Below, piece by piece: positions 1-9,215 of a DNA stretch of 41,537 bases (the first letter of the stretch is position 1; each line of letters starts with the position of its first letter). Below the pieces are notes generated by a model. It was given only the letters and a program-made list of their open reading frames with translations. It was not told the DNA's origin and did no database searches. The stretch is from Octopus bimaculoides (lineage: Eukaryota). The stretch covers positions 59,083,270 through 59,124,806 of the forward strand of contig NC_068991.1 in the NCBI RefSeq assembly GCF_001194135.2, read 5' to 3'. The position numbers and the translations under genes were made by a program.

Positions 1-76
<76 letters not shown>
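1..76. repeat. (TG)n microsatellite
   Basis: Perfect TG dinucleotide run. Confidence 0.99.
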
Positions 77-79
<3 letters not shown>

Positions 80-562
80 CCAACAAAATATTTTACTAAC
101 AAAATAAATGGGGAAAAATAAGAATGGAAAAGGATTCCTGTCGTGAAATTTTGAAAATAATATGTTGAAACCCCATCAAAGCAATGAAGCAGCTACTGCA
201 GAAACAAATCTACCAAACAAAACATCAAATGGAATCAAAAGGCAAAAGCTAGTATGAAAACGACCTATTGGCATGAGAAGCAAATTCTCAATAGATTTCG
301 TGAAAGCAATAAGCGTTGTTAACTCCCGACTATTTAGAACAACAGAGAAATATTTGACTTGGTAAGGCCGACTCTAAGGAGAAAGAAACTACAAGAAACG
401 GCAAGGAAATAGTAATTTTATTACTACGGTTGGGAGATTATAATTTTTGATATTTACAAACAAATGTTGTAAATCTATTAACTGACGCTCCGCTAGCACA
501 CATGCACACATATACATGAATAAAAGTAGAGCAAACAAACAACAACAATAATAATTTGAAAC

Positions 563-650
563 TTTGGCACAAGGAGATTAGTCGATTACATCGACCCCAG
601 TGCTCAACTGGTACTATTTTATCGACCCCAAAAGGATAAAAGGTAAAGTC
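563..650 (-). mobile_element. Partial tRNA-derived SINE, family A (3' half)
   Basis: AGTCGATTACATCGACCCCAGTGCTCAACTGGTAC...ATCGACCCCAAAAGGAT matches the reverse complement of the family A copies at 17027-17474. Confidence 0.8.
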
Positions 651-667
651 TATAATTAAGAGAATTT

Positions 668-827
668 TGAGCTGGTAGAATCGTTAGCACGCCGTACAAA
701 ATGCTTAGCAGTATTTCGTCGATTTTTACTTACTGGGTTCAAATTCCTCCGAAGTCGACTTTGCTGTTCATCCTTTAGGGGTCGATCAGAGAAGTACCGG
801 TTATCACTGGAATCGATGGAATCGACT
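668..827 (+). mobile_element. tRNA-derived SINE, family A
   Basis: A-box-like TGGTAGAATCG, B-box-like GTTCAAATTCC, then the family module GTCGACTTTGC..TTCATCCTTTAGGGGTCGAT; many homologous copies in the window. Confidence 0.8.
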
Positions 828-906
828 GAAGAAGAAGAAGAAGAAGAAGAAGAAGAAGAAGAAGAAGAAGAAGAAGAAGAAGAAGAAGAAGAAGAAGAAG
901 AAGAAG

Positions 907-936
<30 letters not shown>
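828..936. repeat. (GAA)n microsatellite
   Basis: Perfect trinucleotide run abutting the SINE. Confidence 0.99.
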
Positions 937-937
<1 letters not shown>

Positions 938-1629
938 GGATCCTCACTGTTTCCTTCACTTCATCAGAATATTTCGAATTTCTTAAACTAGTCTAGTTTT
1001 GTAAGCCGATGACGAAAACCACATTTATTTTTCATAGAAGTTAATAATAAAAATGTATCACATCCCAAGCGGAAACCTCTATTGTCGACATACCGGAAAA
1101 TACACTTGTCTAATAATAAAATTTTTGTCTGTTTGCAAAACATCGACAACAACGACTTGTCGTTTGTTTCTTATTCCCTTGTTTTATTTTGTTTTTGCTT
1201 TTTTAGTCGAGGTGTTTCAATCAGTGCAGCAAGCTACATTTTTTATTGTTTCTTTTTTAAACACAATACTTCATTCAGTTTACAAAAGAGTATTTCGTGA
1301 ATGGATTTCGATAAGAAGGTTGTGATGCAGCAATTCTTTTTCTCTTTCCAGAATTGTTTGCTAGTTAGATAACAAAATATAGCAACAACTGGCGAAAATA
1401 ATATTGACATTTAACGTGTACATAATACATTACATTTATGAGAGAGCACTACAGTTAATTATTAATAAGACTAGTACATGACATCATATTCGACCCTAAA
1501 GGTTGATAAGTAAATTTATCCCACTCTACTCTAATTATTAATAAACACAATATTTTTTCGACTGAATTTAATATTATTTCTGGGGTTTCAAACGATGAAA
1601 CTAATTAAATCCCATTCTCAGTTCCAACG

Positions 1630-1800
1630 GGCTTTCGTTTATATTGGACAGCAATTTGACCTCATCTTTTCCTGTTTGCTGAGATTTGCTGTGCATCCGG
1701 CCAAGTGATATTGGCCTCTCTTATGTTGGTTGTGAATTTTCTGCGCCATAATAATGGTAGTCTTCGGTCTTCAAGCCGTCCCAACAACCCATCTTCCCAG
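1630..1800 (-). mobile_element. RTE-clade LINE, C-terminal ORF fragment (decayed)
   Basis: Minus frame reads GRLEDRRLPLLWRRKFTTNIREANITWPDAQQISANRKR*, resembling RTE ORF ends (RLP...W...W.DAQ..A.DR..W) with an internal deletion. Recognised by eye. Confidence 0.55.
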
Positions 1801-2329
1801 CCCGCACCCATCCCACCATCACACTTATAACTACAACAACAACACTATATACTCAACTGCAGTAATTATGAGTAGAGATGCACATATTCCATCCCCAACA
1901 TTTGTACTACCCGCTTATACTCTTCTTGAAGCCATCTCTTTCTGTGATCCACCCTGCATTCTCAATATCATTTCTTAACATTCCATTGTTCTGTTTAATA
2001 TCCTATAATATTGGTAATCGATGCCCACCCTTGTCATTCACACTTACTTATTCATACATTTAATCTGCAACCCTATCTATTACAGTGTATCGCTTCCCCT
2101 CCTACACACCACACTTCACACCATCTTCCTATTTCTTAGAGCGTACCCTGTAACTTGAGGGTACGCCCTGACACCTCTTCACCATCTTCTCTAACTGGTG
2201 TAGCCATATATCTCCACTGCTGCAAGATAACTATCAAAATTTAGCCTCCCATCATCTGACACCTCCCTTAGTAAATTTAACCTCCCATCATCTGACATAA
2301 AGCCACCTCCCTTAGTACTACTCCTCATC

Positions 2330-2490
2330 TCAGTTAAAGGAGTTTGGTTTTGCAAGCTGCTTGACGACATCAGGAATGCTGTTGCCATAGAAAAAGCACT
2401 CTACGCTCTGTGAAGTGGATGGGATTAAGAAAGGCACCCGGTCATAGAAACCGTGCCACAGCAGGCATTCACGTTAAGTTCAGTCCTCCA
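2330..2490 (+). mobile_element. Probable RTE-associated repeat fragment
   Basis: CTCTGTGAAGTGGATGGGATTAAGAAAGGCACCCGGTCATAGAAACC resembles the GGCGTTAGGAAGGGCATCC.GC.GTA motif I recall from RTE/Expander-related elements. Confidence 0.4.
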
Positions 2491-2594
2491 GCTCATCGGT
2501 GGTGTACATTATTAGAAAGCTCTTTTAGAATGGTGTTGTTCTGGTCGCCAGGGTATGTGAGAAGCTAGTTTTAATTTACGTTTAGTTAAATAGT

Positions 2595-2984
2595 GTGGAG
2601 GCGCTATGGCCCAGTGGTTAGGGCAGCGGACTCGCGGTCATAGGATCGCGGTTTCGATTCCCAGACCGAGCGTTGTGAGTGTTTATTGAGCGAAAACACC
2701 TAAAGCTCCACGAGGCTCCGGCAGGAGATGGTGGCGAACCTTGCTGTATTCTTTCACCACAACTTTCTCTTACTCTTTCTTCCTGTTTCTGTTGTGCCTG
2801 TAATTCAAAGGACCAGTCTTGTCACACTCAGTGTCACGCTGAATATCCCCGAGAACTACGTTAAGGGTACACGTGTCTGTGGAGTGCTCAGCCACTTGCA
2901 CGTTAATTTCACGAGCAGGATGTTCCGTTGATCGGATCAACTGGAACCCTCGACGTCGTAAGCGACGGAGTGCCAACAACAACA
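2595..2984 (+). mobile_element. Full-length tRNA-derived SINE, family B, with 11 bp TSD
   Basis: A box TGGCCCAGTGG 2607-2617, B box GTTTCGATTCC 2651-2661, (CAA)n tail, and perfect TSD AGTTAAATAGT at 2584-2594 and 2985-2995. Confidence 0.92.
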
Positions 2985-3513
2985 AGTTAAATAGTATCCT
3001 TGAGTGTATTCAGTAACAGTATTTTATGTGTGAGTAGAGGCTACACAATTTATAGTTCCAAGTTTGAGGAGAACAATATGGCAAAGTGACAGTTTGCTTG
3101 TAAGGGGGAAAGGGATCAGAGGTTAAGTCTGAAATATTACCTAATTGAATTAATATTCCATTTAGACAATCGAACCATCACTAATTAGCTGGAAACATAG
3201 CACCCAAACATCCCCCACACACACATGCACACATATACATGCACACATACGCACATACACATTTGTGGCATTTCGTTATTTAGGGCGATATTTGATATAT
3301 GTGTCTCATAAATACCTCCCCCCACCGTACAATGACACAAAGTTTCATATGAGTGTATATGTGTATGCATGTGTATACGTGTGTGTGCGTGAGCCTGCAT
3401 TTATCATTTCTCAGTCTGTCTCTACATAAATGTGTGAATGCGTGTGTGCGCATGTGCGTGTGCGTTCGCGCGTTTGTTTGAGTTTGTGTGTGTATGTGTG
3501 TGCAAATATATCA

Positions 3514-3554
<41 letters not shown>

Positions 3555-3929
3555 GCAGCGTGGAAGGTGTTTATAAGCCATTTAAAAATACGCAAAAAAA
3601 AACACTCTTAGATTCACTTCACCGTTTAAATTTAATTTGTGTCAAAATTTTTTTGTTGCTTTGAAATCGCGATCTGTTCACTGACAAAACTTCGTGCTGT
3701 ATGATTATATAGAAATATATACATACTAGTTCCCTCAGGCGTAAATGGGCAACCCTGCGCCAGATTAGCTTTCTGATCAGGGGTGGGGTGTTTGCCTACA
3801 CGCCTAACCAGTGGAGTGGGCATCGTTCGCAAATTATAAAGGTTCACAGTGCTTTGTGACCAGAGATATATAACAACATCAAACTGTCTGGTCAAAATAT
3901 CTTTAACCGCTAAGGTTGAATGGTGACGC

Positions 3930-4050
3930 CTTTTCGGTTCAGTCGTTTATCCCCAGACAGGTTTCCTGTGTACTCTCACCACCTTTTCCTGATATCCTCT
4001 TGTTCAAAAAGTACTCCCCCAACTATTTGTTTGGAGACATTTGTTTCATT
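3930..4050 (-). mobile_element. RTE/BovB-like LINE fragment (endonuclease-RT linker)
   Basis: Minus frame GGVLFEQEDIRKRW*EYTGNL resembles the BovB-type EDIKKRWQEYTEEL motif. Confidence 0.6.
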
Positions 4051-4111
4051 ATGATTAACAATAAAAATAGTTTTTGCTATGTTATAAACACAATAAATAT
4101 TGGTTTCACGT

Positions 4112-4290
4112 TTTGGCACAAGGCCAGCAATTTCGAGGGTGTGGGTAAGTCGATTACATCGACCTCAGTGCTCAACTGGTACTTATTTTATCCACCCCGA
4201 AAAGATGAGAAGCAAAGTTGACCTTGACTGGATTCGAACTCGGAACGCAAAGATGAGCGAAATGCTGATACGCATTTGGTCTGCCTTAAA
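4112..4290 (-). mobile_element. SINE family A, diverged
   Basis: Same module on the reverse strand (AAGTCGATTACATCGACCTCAGTGCTCAACTGGTAC...). Confidence 0.8.
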
Positions 4291-4501
4291 TGCAAAAAAC
4301 ATCAGAGAGATATATATTCATCGCAACAGCTGCTAACAGTTGCGTTAGAAGCACATTTCGGCCTTTTTCCAATGGCGCTTACTCGCAGCTTGTCAGATGC
4401 TCTACGAGAATTCGACACCTCTGCTATAGGAAAGAGTTGCTAAAACATCATTTAAAAACCCGGTATAGAAAACACACACACATATATGTATGTACGCGCA
4501 G

Positions 4502-4541
<40 letters not shown>

Positions 4542-5258
4542 NNNNNNNNNNNNNNNNNNNNNNNNNNNNNNNNNNNNNNNNNNNNNNNNNNNNNNNNNNN
4601 NNNNNNNNNNNNNNNNNNNNNNNNNNNNNNNNNNNNNNNNNNNNNNNNNNNNNNNNNNNNNNNNNNNNNNNNNNNNNNNNNNNNNNNNNNNNNNNNNNNN
4701 NNNNNNNNNNNNNNNNNNNNNNNNNNNNNNNNNNNNNNNNNNNNNNNNNNNNNNNNNNNNNNNNNNNNNNNNNNNNNNNNNNNNNNNNNNNNNNNNNNNN
4801 NNNNNNNNNNNNNNNNNNNNNNNNNNNNNNNNNNNNNNNNNNNNNNNNNNNNNNNNNNNNNNNNNNNNNNNNNNNNNNNNNNNNNNNNNNNNNNNNNNNN
4901 NNNNNNNNNNNNNNNNNNNNNNNNNNNNNNNNNNNNNNNNNNNNNNNNNNNNNNNNNNNNNNNNNNNNNNNNNNNNNNNNNNNNNNNNNNNNNNNNNNNN
5001 NNNNNNNNNNNNNNNNNNNNNNNNNNNNNNNNNNNNNNNNNNNNNNNNNNNNNNNNNNNNTAAGCAAGTGTGCACGCAATTTTTTAAACTGTAGAAATGA
5101 ATTTCGAAACATAAAATAAGGTAAAATAAAGAACAGGCAACATAGAATGATAAATGCCTCAGAGAGATCGAGAGACAGAGAAATAGATAAATTGATAGAA
5201 AAAGCGAGACAGACAGACGGGCAGACAGACAGGCAGACAGACAAACAGGCAGGCAGAC

Positions 5259-5291
<33 letters not shown>

Positions 5292-5875
5292 GTTAGAAAG
5301 GATAAGAAATAGCGTCGTTACGCTTAACTGGTCGTTGCTAAGTACACAACAATCAGAGAAGAAATGCGCAACGGTAGCAAGAGTGACTATGCATTTTATT
5401 ATTTGAAGAATATTACCGAAAAGGCCACCGTAAATCTCTCCTTTCGGTGACCTTTGTTCGAACAGTTAAAGGTCATAGCTATGACACATTGCATTGATTT
5501 GCAGCCAGTTCTCTCTACAAAATCCCGCAGCATTTCGTAAATAGCTCTGGCCAATTTATCAGCCTTGGGGAGGTCTAGTGCTGGTGTCATTAGGTCTTTT
5601 GTTGGTTACGTTTCACTACACAATGCTGACTATGATGAAACGATAAGTTTTCATGGCGCACTAGATAAAGGCGACATATCTGGGTTGCCTGGTTCGGCTA
5701 GGTGCCGTGGTAGTCGCAGTGGTAGTGGTCGTGACGGTAGTGACGGTGGGGGTGGTGTCAGAGATAGTATTGATAGTGATGGTAGCGGTCGTTACGCTTG
5801 TCTTGGTATGTGTGTGTGGGTTTAGTGTGAGTGGTTGCATAGACTTACTTTGTGTCGGAATTTTACATATATATG

Positions 5876-7116
5876 CAGGGGTTGGACAAAATAATGGAAA
5901 CACCTTCAAATTTCAAAAAAATTAATTTTAATATGGGGCAGGACCGCCTCTGGTAGTAATTACGGCTTGAATTCTACCATGTATAGACTCGTTCAAAGTT
6001 TGAATTGTTTCCAAAGTTATTTTTTGTCCATTCTTCAGCTAAAACAGTCTCCAGTTCTTGTAGTGATGATGGTGGACGATATCGACTCCTTATCACTTTT
6101 TTCTAAAATGTGCCATAAATGTTCAATAATATTGAGATCTTGGGACTGTGGTAGCCAGATAAGATGTTCAACTTCACTAGAATGTTCCTCGTGCCTTTCA
6201 GTAACAACTTTAACTGTGTGAATTGGTGCATTATCATCCTGAAAGATTGCGTTTCCCTCCGGAAGCAGTTCCGCAACCATAGGATGGATATGATCAGATA
6301 AAATGCTTAAATAGACTTGACTATTAATTCTGCAATGACGGGAAACCATTGGGCCAGCGGATTTCCAAGATATAGACCTCCAGATCATTACAGATCCTCC
6401 TCCATGCTTAACAGTTGGAAGAAGGCAGTCTGGATCAAATAATTCTTTTAGATGTCTCCACGTGTATACTCGGCCGGTGGTCGGAAATAAAGTAAAGGAT
6501 GACTCATCCGAGAAAATAACATTCTTCCACTGTTCAAGGGACCAATTCTGAAGGTTTTTACTCCACTCTAAACGCTTTGCAACGTTTGTTTTTGAAAGGA
6601 TTGGTTTTCTGATTGCAGCCCTCCCATGAAATCCGGCTTTGTGTAGCTTCGGCGAACAGCTTTTGTGGAAACTAGGTTCTCGGGGTGGTCATTAAGCTCT
6701 GTAGTAATTTTGGGAGCTGTACTTTTGTGATCCTTTATAACAATTCACGTAAGAGTCCGATGGTTCCTCTCTGAAAGTCCTGGTTTTCCTCCGGAGTCTT
6801 GTTTCGGCGAGGAGGTTTTTCCCTCTTTTTCAAAGGCTGGCATCACTTCCGAAAATTTTAACTGTTTTCTTTACGCTAGCGCTTTCCATACGAGTATCAA
6901 CAATTTGACCTCTTTGAAAGTCCGATAAATCTGTCATTTTAATGAATTTTAATTACCATTTTCTGATGATATCTGAAAAGAAACAGCAATTTTAGCAAAA
7001 CATATTAAGCAACACTAATAATAAATCAAAAAACATAAAAATTATACAAGCTTTTGACAGTTTTATAGATATTTCAAAATCATGATGCTATGAGGCATTA
7101 CTTTGTCCAACCCGTG
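5876..7116 (-). mobile_element. Tc1/mariner DNA transposon (DD36E type), near full length
   Basis: TIRs CAGGGGTTGGACAAAATAATG (5876-5896) and, reverse-complemented, CACGGGTTGGACAAAGTAATG (7096-7116); TA follows the right TIR; transposase remnant inside. Confidence 0.92.
5928..6937 (-). pseudogene. Disrupted Tc1-like transposase
   Basis: Starts MTDLSDFQRGQIV; contains FSDESSF, VKHGGGSVMIW, FQDDNAPIH and WLPQSQDLNIIEHLW; ends ...RGGPAPY*; carries stops and frameshifts. Confidence 0.92.
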
Positions 7117-8084
7117 TATATATATATATATATATATATATTATTTTGTTTAAAAGAGTTCCAACACTGTCTGTTTTTTATGTTTTATTTATATTCCTGC
7201 AGAACCAATGTGGGGTATAGAATATGGAATATACAATATATAATATAATATACNNNNNNNNNNNNNNNNNNNNNNNNNNNNNNNNNNNNNNNNNNNNNNN
7301 NNNNNNNNNNNNNNNNNNNNNNNNNNNNNNNNNNNNNNNNNNNNNNNNNNNNNNNNNNNNNNNNNNNNNNNNNNNNNNNNNNNNNNNNNNNNNNNNNNNN
7401 NNNNNNNNNNNNNNNNNNNNNNNNNNNNNNNNNNNNNNNNNNNNNNNNNNNNNNNNNNNNNNNNNNNNNNNNNNNNNNNNNNNNNNNNNNNNNNNNNNNN
7501 NNNNNNNNNNNNNNNNNNNNNNNNNNNNNNNNNNNNNNNNNNNNNNNNNNNNNNNNNNNNNNNNNNNNNNNNNNNNNNNNNNNNNNNNNNNNNNNNNNNN
7601 NNNNNNNNNNNNNNNNNNNNNNNNNNNNNNNNNNNNNNNNNNNNNNNNNNNNNNNNNNNNNNNNNNNNNNNNNNNNNNNNNNNNNNNNNNNNNNNNNNNN
7701 NNNNNNNNNNNNNNNNNNNNNNNNNNNNNNNNNNNNNNNNNNNNNNNNNNNNNNNNNNNNNNNNNNNNNNNNNNNNNNNNNNNNNNNNNNNNNNNNNNNN
7801 NNNNNNNNNNNNNNNNNNNNNNNNNNNNNNNNNNNNNNNNNNNNNNNNNNNNNNNNNNNNNNNNNNNNNNNNNNNNNNNNNNNNNNNNNNNNNNNNNNNN
7901 NNNNNNNNNNNNNNNNNNNNNNNNNNNNNNNNNNNNNNNNNNNNNNNNNNNNNNNNNNNNNNNNNNNNNNNNNNNNNNNNNNNNNNNNNNNNNNNNNNNN
8001 NNNNNNNNNNNNNNNNNNNNNNNNNNNNNNNNNNNNNNNNNNNNNNNNNNNNNNNNNNNNNNNNNNNATGTGTGTGTGTGTGTG

Positions 8085-8290
8085 TGTCTTTGTGTCTCTG
8101 TTTGTTCCCGCACTATCACTTGACAACCTATGCTGGTGTGTTTGTGTCCCGAAACCTACTGGTTCGGCAAAGGTCACCGATAGAATAAGTACTAGGCTTA
8201 CAAAGAACAAGCCCTGGGGTCGATTTGTTCGACTAAAAGCGGTGCTTCAGTATGATCGCTGTCAAAATGACTGAAACGTGTAAAAGCGTA
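8085..8290 (+). mobile_element. SINE family C, 3' half
   Basis: CCGATAGAATAAGTACTAGGCTTACAAAGAACAAGCCCTGGGGTCGATTTGTTCGACT matches the full copy at 36627-37040. Confidence 0.8.
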
Positions 8291-8393
8291 TAAGAGTGAA
8301 AGAGAACATATATACTTACATATATGCACGTACATCCATGTGTGTGTGTGTGTATGTGTGTGTATACATATGTGTGTAAATATCTTTCTATCT

Positions 8394-8452
<59 letters not shown>

Positions 8453-8669
8453 TTGGGTTGTCCGGAAAGTTCGTGCCGATTTATAGTAGCTTACCTTTCG
8501 ACTTATTTGCCATGAAACTACCTCAATTCTGGGAAGAGGGTATTTTCAAGTTAAAGGAAAGATGTGCAACAAAATGGTTCATATTTGGTTGATTAAAAAT
8601 GTAACGGCAAGTATTTATTGACCTTTTTCTTTCCTTTAAAAATCGGCACGGACTTTCTGGACAACCTAA
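8453..8669 (+). mobile_element. Mariner deletion derivative (MITE)
   Basis: 30 bp TIRs TTGGGTTGTCCGGAAAGTTCGTGCCGATTT / AAATCGGCACGGACTTTCTGGACAACCTAA with TA on both sides; the interior keeps a mariner C-terminus FWEEGIFKLKER(W)..QQNGSYLVD*. Confidence 0.9.
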
Positions 8670-9215
8670 TAAATAGATGCAATAAATCAATCAATGTATA
8701 TAGATGGCATTATCATATTTATTAATACATGTGATATAGCCACCATTTTTATTCCTTCGGTTGTTTCTATTTAATTTTCTGCGATGGATGAACTATTCTT
8801 ACAAATAGAATATTTTCCGGTTTTTCAGATTGTATAAAAGAATTTTGAATTGCCTGGATGTTTCTTTCCTCTCTATGCATTCTTTTAGCCGGGATTTCGC
8901 ATGGTGCTATGACCGAAGTAGATCACCTGGATTTTCTAATTTCTCTTCCTTCCGATATATGTGTGTGCGTGTGTGGGGTGGGGGGTATAAACCATATAAA
9001 TTCAGGAGATATGAGAGGTGAATATATTCAACTAGAGTCGAAGCATCGGTGTAATCATGATGTTCTGGTGTCCTGATGAACTAGCTTTCTTTATCAGCAA
9101 TTATTTGCAAAATAACAATTATATTTGTTGCAGGCATATCAGTGCAGGCATGTAAACATTATGTATTATACACTGAAATTATTACATGAAGAAGGCTTCG
9201 AAACGTTTGTAATCT

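Noticed and set aside
270-420. LVRPTLRRK, reminiscent of PIF/Harbinger transposase
   Set aside because: Only a few residues, with no supporting motifs or TIRs.
945-975. CTGATGAAG...GAAAC on the minus strand
   Set aside because: No stem II, no NUH triplet in register and no stem I.
1040-1140. Minus frame IFRYVDN resembling the RT YVDD motif
   Set aside because: An isolated short match with no other RT motifs in frame.
2595-2670. tRNA gene
   Set aside because: A and B boxes are present, but it continues into a SINE body with tail and TSD and has no complete cloverleaf.
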